Shown here: piece by piece, positions 11,783 to 23,600 of the stretch
Layout of the letters: every line of letters starts with the position of its first letter
Numbering within the stretch: position 1 is the first letter of the stretch
From: Raillietiella orientalis
Taxonomy: Eukaryota
Assembly (NCBI GenBank): GCA_036172245.1
Contig: JAYWIR010000044.1
Coordinates: 1,674,001 to 1,707,368 of the forward strand
DNA: 33,368 nt
Direction of reading: 5' to 3'
Program-made: the position numbers and the translations under genes
Notes under the pieces: generated by a model
The model's database searches: none
What the model was told of the DNA's origin: nothing
Seen by the model: the letters and a program-made list of their open reading frames with translations, nothing else

Positions 11783-14700
11783 TAGGTGGGGGTGTTCATG
11801 AGCACCGGGGGCCACTTTAATTGTTCCCGCGAAGCATTTAGCAGCTCGCCCCAGCGCAAAAGTCCAATAGGGTTGGTAATCCGGGCCGCAGTATCGCAGA
11901 GAATTCCCGTTTTCAATTCCCCGATCTTTTTCTCCGAACCGGAGATTTTAACATAAACATCCCATTTCGCAGCAGTGTTGCCGTTTAAATGTTCCGCGAG
12001 CGAAAACAGCATGGCAGCAAGGGGAGTTTTTCTTGCCCAAGCTCGTTTTTGGGGGTTCTCCAGGAACTCCCGGAGCAATCAGGCGGTCATTACGGGCGAA
12101 GAACTGTCTCTGCTCTGCTTGAGTGGGTTGCTGGTAGCTCCTTGCCCACGTCTGAACCGTTTCCTGCAGCCATGCTGGTCCGCCACCGGGGCGACAGCAG
12201 AGCCATCCTGCGTTCTTCCTCATCAGGTCAAACAACTAGCCGCAACTGCAACCCAAAGTGACCGACTTGGCGGCGACGACGGAGGGCAAGGAAGGATGAC
12301 AGTCCCTCCTTGCCTGTAGCCTGCACGACGAGGAGATGTGCGGGCTCGCACCAACTGCTATTCCGATATTACGTCACTAGGGTGAGTACCCGAAACTGGA
12401 GCTGGAGCTCCAGCTGCTCTAGCGTCAGGTGTACGAGACCGCCGTTTCGACGTGGAGCGCTCAAGTCCTCAAGGCGGACTCGGGCCCTCCCATTACCCCA
12501 CAGGGCAATCTTTACGAGGTACTTCGTCCGCTTTTTAGTTTCTGTGGTGGGGGGAAAAACAAAAAGCAGGGAACGGAGGAGAAGCGCCGCGAATGCGTTC
12601 CACACCGCGGCCCGTTCCGGCAGGAAAAACCTGCAGCCTTCGAACGGCCCGATCGCCGTCTCTAGCTTTTGAAAGCAGCTGGACCACGTATCCGAAGGGA
12701 GATAATCACCCATCGGTACACCGAGGTACGTGATGTACCGTACCGTGGGGATCCCCATTGGACCCAGTCCGCCTGCCCTGCCCAAGCCGCACCGACTGGC
12801 ATGACGGACGACTTCGCCCTGTTTACCTCAAGCCCGGTTCTCCGATGCAGCATGTCGAAGAACTCCTCGACCGCCGATGCCGGGGTGGAAATAGGGAGCA
12901 GCAGCAGTAAGTCGTTTGCATATGGTGACACCGCGGGCGCACCAGGATAGTCGCGCGGCAGGTGCGCTAGACTTTCCCTGTACGCTCTGAGTACCAACTC
13001 GAAGTAGGTACTGAAGAGCAAGGTACTCAGGCTGTCTCCCTGCCGTATGCCGCGTGGCACCGGCACGCCGTGCAGGGTCTGCCCGCTGAAAGGAACGCTG
13101 TTGAGCGCGTCGCGCTAGCATGAGCGCAGATAGGCCACTAATGAGGCCGGGAAGCCCAAGTGTTCCAGAAGCTCCAGAAGGAGATTTGGTTCGACGGAAT
13201 CGAATGCTTTGCGCAAGTCGATTGCGGCCGCAAGTGCTCCTACTCCCTTCCGACCATCCGACCCCTTGCCGGCGCACGCACCGGAATTCTGGCTGCGAAC
13301 CAAGCTTCTTTCTTGCTGGAGTTCTAGCCAGGTCAAAGCGTGAAACAGGTGCGCCTCCATGCTTCGCCCAGGAATACCATATGTCTGTTCCGGGCTGATG
13401 AAGATGTTGGCAACCCGTCCCAACCTCTCCGTACAAACCCTTGCTAGCTACTTAGCGTCCGCATTCACTATTGTGATGGGACGCCAGTTGTTCATGCACC
13501 TCAGATTTCCTACCTTAGGGAGGGGCCGCACCTTTGCCTAACGAAACGAGGCGGGAACGTTACCTGTCTCGCGTATCAGCAAGGTGAGTTGCTGTACCAA
13601 GGGGGTAAGCTCAGCCGCGAAAGTTTGGTAGAACTCCGCGGGAAGGCCGTCCTCCCCTGGAGCCTTGCGCCTCTTTGCTTTCCGATGGCCGAGAGGGTCT
13701 CGTCCATCGTGAAAGGCTCGTCTAGGGTTTTTCTCTCCTCCTCCCCGAGCGCTCGAGCGCCTTCCGGAAGCAGAAGTCGTGAGACGTTCCTTTTCGGAGG
13801 TGCCCTGGCATACATGAAGGAGTAGTAACTCCGCAGCAGGCCGCGGATTTGGGCGGGTGCCGTGTGCTCCTGGCCCTGTTCGTCCAGCAAGCTGACCGAT
13901 CCGGACGGCCAGGCTTGCCTCTCAGTTCTTGCTTTGTATTCCGCCAGTCTGCGGATGTCGGGGTTTTCGGCGTAACAACGGGCCTGCAGGTAAACGCGTT
14001 CATTACGGACCCCGGTCCCAAAACCCGTGGGTAGGCGGAGCAGAGGGAACTGGTCGCAGAACTCCTGGACCGATGCTTGAAGCGGTCCCAATCCTGGAGT
14101 TTCCGCAGCCTGAAGCTCCGTATGAACGTGCGGAGATGTTACGTTGCGTCCGGGAGCTTCAGCCAATCCCCTAAGAGACGCCACGCTGACGAGGGGGAAC
14201 ACCTGTCGCGCGGATGGATCTCGAAGCCTAGCGGACGAGGGTCGAACAGCTCGCACGGTAACTTGCCGCGCCTGCCCACACGAGTGCACAGGTGCTCGTC
14301 AAGGAACACGTGATCGATGTTGTGCTCCATCCCTGGTACACTGGCCAACAGATTACAAGTATGCACCGCCGCGCACACCTCGTTGACCAGGTCACGCTCG
14401 TTATTCGGCCCAGCCGGTTTCAGACGAACGTTAAAATCGCCTGCAACCAGATGGGCATTCCGCACGCCTGCCTTGGTCAACCAGTCGCGATGGAGGGCAA
14501 AGGCAAATTCTTTCCTGGCCCTCCTGTTCGTCAGGTGCGCTCCGCTCGAGGCGTAAACGTTCGTAACGATCAAGTCGATCGAGTCGGACCAGCTGAGAGT
14601 CAGTTGACCGACACTACCGTGATCGTCGAACCGAACTCCACGGGCGGCGGCCTCGATGGCGGGCCGATGCAGGTAGGCGACACCACAACTTCTCGATGTT

Positions 14701-14903
14701 GCACACCGATACCACAGCCGCCTTCCGTAGATGCGTTCGATCTCCTGCGCTTGTTCTGCAGAGATCACATGGATCTCCTGCAGCAGCACAAGGTCGAACG
14801 ATCCTAGAATGGCCACCATGTCTCGTCTCCTGCCGCCGTCTGTCATGCTGTTCACGTTCCAAATGGCGATGCGCAGAGGACGGCGGGAGGAGATTCCCGG
14901 CAT
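11783..14903 (-). pseudogene. B2 ORF2: APE endonuclease + reverse transcriptase, frameshifted
   Basis: IWNVNS, LQEIH, VTNVYA, AGDFNV and IDHVF (14139..14903); IDLRKAFD (13115..13423); GIRQGDSLSTLLF and PYANDLL (12662..13066); YLGVP (12369..12785). Confidence 0.92.
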
Positions 14904-14905
14904 TA
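14901..14905 (-). promoter_or_regulatory. TAATG overlapping ORF1 stop / ORF2 start (B2)
   Basis: catta on the + strand; both ORFs share base 14903 in the ORF track. Confidence 0.85.
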
Positions 14906-16617
14906 ATGCCGGGAAGATGACGGTGTGGGGAAACCCGCCTCGTAAGAGGCGGGTGAGATGACCATTAGGGTTTCAGCCTCCTCAGGCACCTTGGGTACCT
15001 TTCCGGCTTCCACCCCCTCCATCTCCTCCGTGTCTGTGCGTGGTGGTCTCTCGGGTGACGATTCTCGGGATTCTCCCACGCTCATGGCACCATCGCAGTC
15101 GGAAGTCATCTTCACGCCTTCGATCTGGAGAGGGGCTTTCCGGGGTTTGCTGGACTTCCTTCCAGCCTTCCGGCGGGGTGCCGTGGAGATGGAAACTTGG
15201 TTTCCGGCCTGCGCTTTGGGGTCGGAAGTTACCGACTCCTCGGTGGAGGCCGGACGCCTCACTGCCTTTTTGCTAGCCTTGGAGGGGTCTGGCTGCAACG
15301 ATGCAGCTAGCTCCTCCGCCGCACGCTCGAAGGCGGCGTCATCGATCACGGTCTCGATGACGGACGCTTCCGCCGGTTCGCTCCCCACGCTGTTGACATT
15401 TTCAACAGTGGGCTGCTCGTCGGTAGCAGCGATTTCTACCTTGCGGCGTTCGGCGGGGACTCGTTCCACGACGACGGTGCATTCTTTTAAATTCTCGCTA
15501 ACCTGCTGTTTTTTATTTTGGTAGGCGAGCTTTTTTTCAATTCGTCGTTCTTTCTTCGACTTTTTCTTTTTCGCTGTGGCTTCTTGCCATACCGAAACCT
15601 GACCGCTTTTGTCGATCTCTTCGGCATTCGTTGCCGGGGTGTCGGCTGAGGCCTGGACCACGGAAGTGGGAGGCACAGCTTGAGCGGCAGCCTTCGCCGC
15701 CAGCCTTTTCTGTAGCAGCCGCTCGCGTTTTTTTAGGTTCCTCGCGGAAACCACGCGCACAGCGGATTGTGGACACACTTCCCTCGTGTGGTTCATTGTC
15801 CCGCATACCAGGCACTGTACGTTGGGGCACCTCCTTTTGAGGCGTCCCGACGTGTTTCAGAAGCCACAGTATTTGGGCTTCCCCACGTATCAGAGGTCGA
15901 CACTTTCTCCGCCGACCACCAGTTTGTGGGGAAGGGTAGAGCCCTCCCGAAAGGTTACACGGGTAGCCGTGAAGCCGCACTGAACTGTAATATAGTCCTC
16001 AAAAGGACTAGGCTTGGTCCATACTCCATGGACCGTGCCTTCTTTTCACAACGCGGCGCGTAACTGTTCTTTCCGCATCCACGCGGTAGCTCCTAAAAGG
16101 TGGACCACCATACTCTGGTCCGCCGTAACGGGAAGGAGCCTGCGTGTCCCCATTACCACGGGGGTTTAAAGCTGACGTTGGGCCAGATCTGCATGTTTGC
16201 AGATCACCTCTACGTACTGCCCCCCACTACGAATGGTCATAGCGCTGAGCTCCTCCTCTTTAACATCGAGAGCGCGCATCCCCTTCGAAAAGGCGCGCGC
16301 ACTCTCAGCAGAATACAAATTTCCTACCTTGTAGAATAGTGATGAGTTATACCCCTCTTCCACATAGTCAGATAATTCCGCCGCGGCTGCAGGCGAGGCG
16401 CCGACACGATGGCGCTCCACGCCCGCGCTGCAGCGGGGACCGGTTTTGTGGGGGCGAACGTTCCCAGATCCTTCGCCACTGAAGGCGACGTTGCCGCCGC
16501 CTCCTGGCACTCCACCTTCCCTATAGGCGACGTTTCCGCCGCCAACTGGCACTCCATTTCTTCAGGAGGCGACGTTGCCACCGACCCCTGACACGCACTG
16601 GTGGTCGTGTCAGTCAT
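14903..16617 (-). pseudogene. B2 ORF1: nucleic-acid-binding protein with two CCHC knuckles and a K/E/S/P-rich tail
   Basis: ATG at 16617 (MTDTTTS). SSLFYKVGNLYS (16166..16552), degenerate knuckles at ~15780-15870 and a low-complexity tail (14903..15796) ending in TAA that overlaps the ORF2 ATG. Confidence 0.88.
16484..16595 (-). repeat. Imperfect 42-bp tandem repeat (14-aa unit) in the ORF1 N-terminus
   Basis: ggcgacgtt recurs at 16484, 16526 and 16568; encodes ATSPPEEMECQLAA / ETSPIGKVECQEAA / ATSPS. Related units occur in B3 and B4. Confidence 0.8.
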
Positions 16618-16711
16618 TGCTGCCAGATCGACCACCACCACAGACGAAGCCTACACCTAGGGACGGTTCCCGGCACGAGGAGCACCGAGGAAACACGTCC
16701 GCTCTAGCCGA

Positions 16712-18867
16712 TGTAAAGCTTTCGACTGCCGTCGACCAGGAGCTCTAGAAGGAGCTCCTGGAACGCTTGGGATTTCCGGCCGTCTTTCTGGCCTACCTGC
16801 GCTCCTGCTGGCGCTTCGCGCTCATCAATATCAACTTCAGAGGCCGGCACGTGTTCGGCGTGCCGGTTCGTCATGGCATCCGGCACGGTGACAGCCTCAG
16901 CCCCCTGCTCTTCAGCATCTACTTTGAGTTGGTGCTGAGAGCATACAGGGAGACTTTGGCAACCCTGCCGAGCTCGTGTCCCGGCACGCCTGCCGTGTCG
17001 GCCTATGCCGACGATCTTGTGCTCCTGCTTTCCGGGTCCACCCCGGCATCGGCGCTAGAGGATTTCTTCGAGTTGCTATACCGTGGGACAGGCCTCCAGG
17101 TGAACAGGACGAAGTCGTCGTTCCTTTTCACCGACTCGACGAGGGCCGGATGGTCGGAATGGATCCGCTTGGGGATCCCCACGGGCAGGTACATCAAGTA
17201 CCTTGGCGTTCCGTTGGGGGACTTCTGCTCTGCAGAAGCCTGGTCCGAACGTCTACAAAAGGTGGAGCTGGCGATCGGCCCGTTCCGGGACGGCAAGTTT
17301 CACTTGCAGGAAAGGGCCAAGGTAAGGAACGCTTTTGCGCCCCTCCTTCCTCGCTTCCTACTTTTTGTGTGCCCTACCCCGTATCAAATTAGGACACGGA
17401 CTAGGAGCCTTATACGAAAAGCCCTCTGGGGCAACCGGAGGCCTCGCGTCCGGCTCAAAGACTTGTGCGCTCCACGCAGGGACGGTGGACTTGGTGTCCT
17501 CACGTTGGAGCGCATATAGCGACAGCTCCAATTCAGAAAACTTGCCCTTGTGGCAAAGTTTTGGACAGCATCCTGGTGTGCACCAACAAGACTCCTTGCT
17601 CACAGGGCAAGCGGCTGCTTCGTATTGACATCAATCCTGGTAGCCAACGAACGCAGCCTGAACCATCGTGGTTATCAGCTGCGGGATTTGGTTGCTCTGA
17701 TGAGAGACAACCCTGGGATCTCCTGGATCCCTGCGGACTGTTCTACCTGGCTTCAGGAGTCCGTATCCGCATGGGCGAAGATCAATGGCACCAGCGATGA
17801 GGACTTCTCCTGCCTCCGCAGAGGGAGTCACGCTGGTCATCCACTCTAGGAGATCGTTTCCAACCCACGAAAACTTCTGTGGGCTTCCTTCACCACCCTT
17901 GCCCCAGTGCTGCCCTCCCTCAGGGAAGTTCGGGACAGCCACCAACAGGCATCGTGGGAAGTGTCCTGCCTCATCGGAGGCAGGAAAAAATCACTGAAGG
18001 CGCGGACGCCGAGGGAACTAGCGGACGCTAGTACCCCGAGTGTCCCGCCGAACGGACTTTTACGCTGGGGCGCGCTGCTCGGTATACCTCCGAAGGAGGT
18101 GAAGTGGCCCCCAGCGTCATGGGACAACGGCACCCTTCCCCTGCAGTGGAAGGAGACGGCGTTGCTTCTGCTCCACTGGGGACTTTTAAGCAGAGCACGC
18201 CTGTCTCGCTGGACATCGGGGAATGTGGATGCTAGTTGTGCAGAGTGCGGGGAAAGGGAGACCTTCTTCCACTTTATTCTGGAGTGTGTTGCCCTCCACG
18301 AAATGCGGGACAGACTCTCGTCGACCCTCAACATTCCGGAGGGTGACCCGAAAAATCTATTCAGAGGCCTTCTGACGCGAGACGGCTTGCCAGCCTCCGG
18401 GAGCGTAGCAGTGCTCTGCTGCATACGCGGTATCCTGGAGAAGTGGACCGCGTCTAGGAGAGGAAGCACCAGCCGGAATGCCATCCACTGGGCAGCAATC
18501 TCCTTGGAGAAAGCGTGCCGTTGGCGCCGACTTCAAAAACATTTACCGGCACTTGTTCGCATCCGAAACCGGATGCAAAGGCCTGCTCACGGCGCACCGT
18601 GATCCCCTCCCTCCCTCCCGCTCCCCAAAAACATTGCCCTCCAGACGTTTTTCTTTTTTTGTTTTGTTTTCTGTTTATTTTCCCGGTACCGGCGCCAGTG
18701 AAGGACTTTATCGGCTTCCGGGTCGATAAAGACAAGTGCTATTGAACTTCAATGAACGTCTGACGTCCGAAAAAGAAATTTTTTTTTTTTACAACAAAGA
18801 CCTTGTTACAAAATTTTGTAATGTCAGAATTTTAGTAATAAAAGCCCCGGCTTACCCGGGTGAAAAA
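16712..18867 (+). mobile_element. Family D copy D2: RT C-terminal half from the KAFD motif, zinc finger and 3' UTR
   Basis: Begins tgtaaagctttcgac (CKAFD). GIRHGDSLSPLLF, AYADDL and KYLGVP in 16767..17519; CAECGERETFFHFILEC in 17907..18602; AATAAA at 18837 and terminal ccgggtgaaaaa. Confidence 0.92.
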
Positions 18868-19735
18868 CCTAGGATGGGAGACGTGAGGCCCATGTCTCCC
18901 CAACCCATGGAGGTGGGGTCATGCCCCACGAGAAAATCAGCCCCCGCCACCCCGGCGTGGGCGTGGAACAAGGTAGCCGCGGCGGCTCCGCCGAACGTGG
19001 CCGCCTATGTGCAGGCCTACATACAGGAGTGCTACAACCCAGCCCTCCTTTACAAGGTAGGAAATCTTTATTCACCGCTTACAACGCGGAAATTTAGAAA
19101 CGCCATCCGTAGGATGAGAATCTCTGACGAGGAGATTCTTTGCTTCTCGATTCGGAGCGGCGGGCAGTTAGCGAAGCTGATCTGCAGAGATGCAGCGCTC
19201 ACACACAAACTGCTCTGCACTCCCGTTTCGTTCGAAGGGCGGAATCTCCTCCCACAGACGGTGGATCACTCTATGGTGATCCACCTCACGGGTACAACGG
19301 TGCGGATGACCGAGGAAGCCATCCGCACTGAAATCAACAAGTTCGCGGAGATATACGCGATGTGGTCGAAGCCCAACGCCTTTACTTATCGAGGAGCATT
19401 CAGTGGGCGAGTTGCCGCACGCGTAACTCTCCGCGAAAACAAAGAACTTCCCCACAAGCTGGAGGTCAACGACGAGCTCGTCGACCTCTGGTACGTGGGG
19501 AAGGAAAAATACTGTGGGCTGTGCAACACATTCTGGCAACACATTCCCTCTGCACCGCCTACCTACGGGTTTTGGGAGCGGCGTCCGTAACGAACGAGCC
19601 TACCTTTGGTCTCGTCGTTATTCTACGACCCTCGACATCCGCAATCTAGCGGAATATAAAGCGGGAGCCGAGAAACGAGCCTGGCAGTGCGGATCGGCCA
19701 GATTGCTGGACGATTAAGGCCAGGAGCATTCAGCG
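18868..19735 (+). mobile_element. Internally deleted LINE: ORF1 up to the first knuckle, fused to the APE-RT linker
   Basis: ORF1 ...AYIQECYNPALLYKVGNLYS...WYVGKEKYCGLCNTF (18874-19533), then FPLHRLPTGFGSGVRNERAYL...LAEYKAGAE (19514..19717), which matches the ORF2 linker of B4. Confidence 0.85.
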
Positions 19736-20694
19736 TTTATTAATAAACTCTACATGCGTGGTACGAGGCCCCATCACGGCCTCACCACTGCCTTCCAGCA
19801 CTCAATCAAGGTTGCTGATCCGTCCGCGTCCGTTATAGCGTCCTCTGGAGCACACGAGAAACCGTGCGCGGGTGCCCTCGGAGCTGCCTCTCAACGGCAG
19901 TCTCCTCCTACGGCGGTGGAGATCACGTCTTCCACGGCGAAGGCACGAGCAGCGAAGGCTGCAATAGTGCCTCACGGGACTACGGCAATGACCGTTGTTT
20001 CGCTCGCTTCTTCTAAGGAGCAGGTGAAGTGCGTAACGGGGACGGAGCCGTCTCCCGTCGCGAACGCGAAAGTGATCCGGCATCTGCGGCCAAACAATTC
20101 AGAGAGGCGTCGGCCTCCCAGGAGGGCGTTCCCGAGGGGGGCTGGACTCGCATCTCCAGTACGCCCACAAAGGGGAAGAGGAAGGTTGACCCTTCAATAT
20201 TCCCCATCCTTAAGGTGGGTGGGGGACAGAAGAGAGGCACTCCGAAGAAGGCACGTACCCAGGTACGCACTACGGCTGCGTGCTCTGTCTCTGTGGCATC
20301 GCGCGAGAGGGCGGCTGCGGAAGCCAAAGCTCCGGAAGCAGGGTTGGCGTCTACGAAGACCCCCGCGCGGGCAGGGCAAGCCTCCAACTGCCGCAACAAA
20401 AAGAGACTGGCAAAACGCCAGTCTCGCGCCATGCACTCGGAATCCGAGGTGGAGTCCGAGTGCAAACAAATAGAGCGCCGATCCCGGGGTGAACCGGTAG
20501 CGCGCAGGGCTATAGTGCGAAAGCACGAACCTGTTTTCGGAGGCGGTTCCGGCTCCTGTACGGAGACCGAGGCGATGATCCTCGGCTACCAAGACTCAGC
20601 TGAGCGCGATGTGGCTGCGAACGGGAGCGATTCAGCTTCCCAATTCGCTCTCCTACCAGCTGACTACTCGCCTGACGGGGAGAGGAGCACGCTG

Positions 20695-20699
20695 TAATG
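20695..20699 (+). promoter_or_regulatory. TAATG overlapping ORF1 stop / ORF2 start (C)
   Basis: ORF 20029..20697 ends in TAA that overlaps an ATG. APE motif CWNVNAL lies ~50 nt downstream, now one frameshift away. Confidence 0.7.
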
Positions 20700-23600
20700 T
20701 CCGCAGCAGTGCTGCGTGTACTCGCTCCGCTCGTGGCGTCAGCGTGGCCTGTTGGAATGTGAACGCGCTACGTGATGCTGACAAAAGGCGAACGGTAGCC
20801 AACGCTTTGCGTGCGTTCGATCTGGTGCTGCTGCGGGAGATACATAGCATCTTCGACCTGCAGGCATCGGATTTGGAGGAGAGCCCGGGCGGGACGCTAC
20901 ACTGGCGGCAAGGCTCCGCGCACACGTGCGGAGTCGCGTTTCTCGTCCGAGTCAGGGTGGCGGAGGCGTTGCGGAACGTTTGTTTCCACCAGGAAGGTCG
21001 TGTGGGCCAACCTGTCCTCAAGTGGTCCGAATCGATCGACCTGGTCGTTACGAACATCTACGCGCCGAGCGGCGGCCGGCATTACGCCCAGCGACTTGCA
21101 TTCCTGGGTGGCCTGCGCACCCACTGACTCCCTGACTCCGGCGCTAACGTGGCGCACCTCCTTGCAGTAGACTTCAACGTCCACCTGCTAACAGAGGAGA
21201 GATGCGGCTTGAGGGAGAAGCAGCTGGTGAGCGAGGTATGCGCGTCCGTGCGCGTGCAAAACTTGCTTGCTGGTGAGCCCGGGATGGAGGGATCGCGGGA
21301 CCATGCATTCCTCGATGAACACCTGCTCTCATGAGTAGGTCGGAGAGGGCGCCTGCTGTCCTCGATTTCGGATCATCCGAGACTGGAGTTCGAGCTCCTC
21401 CTGCCTGGCAAAGGGCCTTTGATAAATGTCTGGAGGCTGGCGGCCGACTGGCTTAGAAATTCGGAGGCGGCGGGGCATCTCCGCCAACACCTCCGGGGCT
21501 TAGCCATCTGTGACCTCGAGGACTGGGACGATCTGAAAAGATCGGTCCGCGAGTTCTGCTGCCGGTTTCCCTTGCACCTGCTTCCCCGCGGCTTCGGGGA
21601 GGGTGTCGCCAACAGCAGATCCTATCTGCAGGCGCGTGCCTTTTCAAGATGCCCGGACGTCCGGCGTCTGGCGGAGTATAAGGCCAGGGCCGAGCGCCAG
21701 GTTTGGCAGTCTGGAGCGGCTTGTCTGCTCTATGACGCTGGTTAGGAATGCTCGGCTGCAGGCGAAGTACACCGCGTAGTCAAGCGCTACTACTGCTCGT
21801 TGTACGCGGAGGAGACCACGGAACGCAGTTTCTCCGAGCTGCTTCTTCCGACGGGTAACCCTGCTATCGACGAGGAGGAACGCGCCAGATTGGATTAACC
21901 CTTCACGGCGGAAGAAGTATTTACCTCCATAGCAAGCCTGAATAAACGTAAGGCGCCAGAGAAGGATGGGCTGCCTGCGGAGTTCTTTCAGTGCTTCGCG
22001 GCGGAGCTCGTCCTCCTGGTGCTAAGCCTTTCCTCGCTGTTCGGTAAGACGGGAGATGTTCCCGCTTCTTTCCGCTCAGCAAAGGTGCGGCTCCAGCCGA
22101 AAGACGGGGATTTGAGTCACCTCAGCTACTGGCGTCCGATCAACTTGGTGAAATCGGACGTCAAGCTGTTCTCAAAGCTATGGGCTTCGCGCCTGGGGAG
22201 AATCGCGGAGTTCTTGGTAAGTCCGGAGCAGTCGACCGCAGTTCCGGGGTGGTTCATGGACGCGAATCTCTTCTTCGCGCGAACATGGTTCGAGTTGCAG
22301 CAGCGTGTGGCGTAGCAGAGCCACGCAGCCGAAATCGCCTCTGCCAAAGGTAAGCGGCGGTGTTCAAGGCACGATGGAACGCCGGGAGCCTTAGCGGCCG
22401 CCGTCGATCTCTGCAAAGCTTTCGACAGCGTAAACCAGGAGCTTCTTCTAGAGCTTGTTCGACGCCTAGGCCTTCCGACGCAACTCATCGCCTACTTGCG
22501 CTCCTGCTGGCGCCACGCGTTATGATTTATCTCTTTCAGCGGGCGCCAAATGTACGGAATTCCAATACGGCGGGATATCGTACATGGAGACAGCTTATGC
22601 CCCTGCTTTTCAGCATCTTCTTTGAGTTGGTGCTGAGGGCGTACAGGATGACTCTAGCTAACCTGCCGAGCTCCTGCCCGGGAACACCGACCGTGGCCCC
22701 CTATGCTAACGACGTTCGCCTGCTGCTGCCCATGTCCACCCCGGCATCTAGGCTCGAGGACTTCTTAAAGCTCATTCGTCGGGGAGCGGGCCCCAGCGTC
22801 AACACGATGAAATTAACCGTTGCCCCGGTTGGTTCTACGTGAGAGGGGCAGTCCGAATGGATCTGCCTGGGGATCCCCACAGGCAGGTGCTTGAAGTACC
22901 TCGGCGTTCCCTTGGGCGCCTTCTTTCCAGCAGAAGCGTGGTCGAACTGCCTTCACAAGGCAGAGACTGCTCTGAGCCCGTTCCAAGGCGGCAGGTTTCT
23001 CCTGTCGGAACGCGCCTTTGTGTGGAACATTTGCGTTGCCTCCCTCCTCAGTCCTTTCTTTTTGGTTTGTCCCCCTCCCTGCTCGGCTAAGCGCCGGGTG
23101 CAACGCCTGTTGCGTAACACCCTGTGGGGACCGGCGAGGTCCAGGATACGCCTGAAGGACCTGGCGCCTCCTCGGCGGGATGCAGGATTGGGCATCCTGA
23201 CGCTGGAGCGGATCGGACTGCTAGTGCAGTTCCGCATGCTGGCACTTTGTGCGCAGCTCTGGACAACTCCCTGTTGTGCTCCAGCGCGGCTGCTGCTGCG
23301 GCGCTGCACGGGTGGCGACGGACTACGTTCGTTGCATCTGCGCACGGAGCGCGCCCAGAGAGGATTCGGCTTCCCTTTGAAGCAGGTCGCCACGCTTCTG
23401 GGAAAGCATGAGTGGATCTCCTGCCGGCCGACGAACTTCAACGCCTGGAGGCAAGAAGCCTTATCGTCCTGGGCAGCGGAACAGGATGTGTCCCGTTTAG
23501 AACTCCGTTGCGTGAAACTTTCCCATACAGTCCAGTGGGGGAGGTGCTGGAAGACCAGCACCAGTGTACACGCCTAGCCGCTACGCCACTCGCCGAAGCA

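Larger units (their letters stand above)
11783..16711 (-). mobile_element. Family B copy B2: intact 5' end, ORF1, APE and RT; 3' end lost
   Basis: Collinear with B4 throughout. The 5' end aligns with the B3 and B4 5' ends, with the ORF1 ATG 94 nt from the end in all three. Confidence 0.92.

Noticed and set aside
5127..16725. 5127-5140 and 16712-16725 as the two TSDs of one insertion block
   Set aside because: Only 9/14 identical, with different codons (aag gag vs aaa gct); better explained as two independent victims.
10018..18867. D1 and D2 as terminal inverted repeats of a DNA transposon or DIRS-like element
   Set aside because: Both are LINE 3' ends, D1 has its own TSD, and no transposase or tyrosine recombinase is present.
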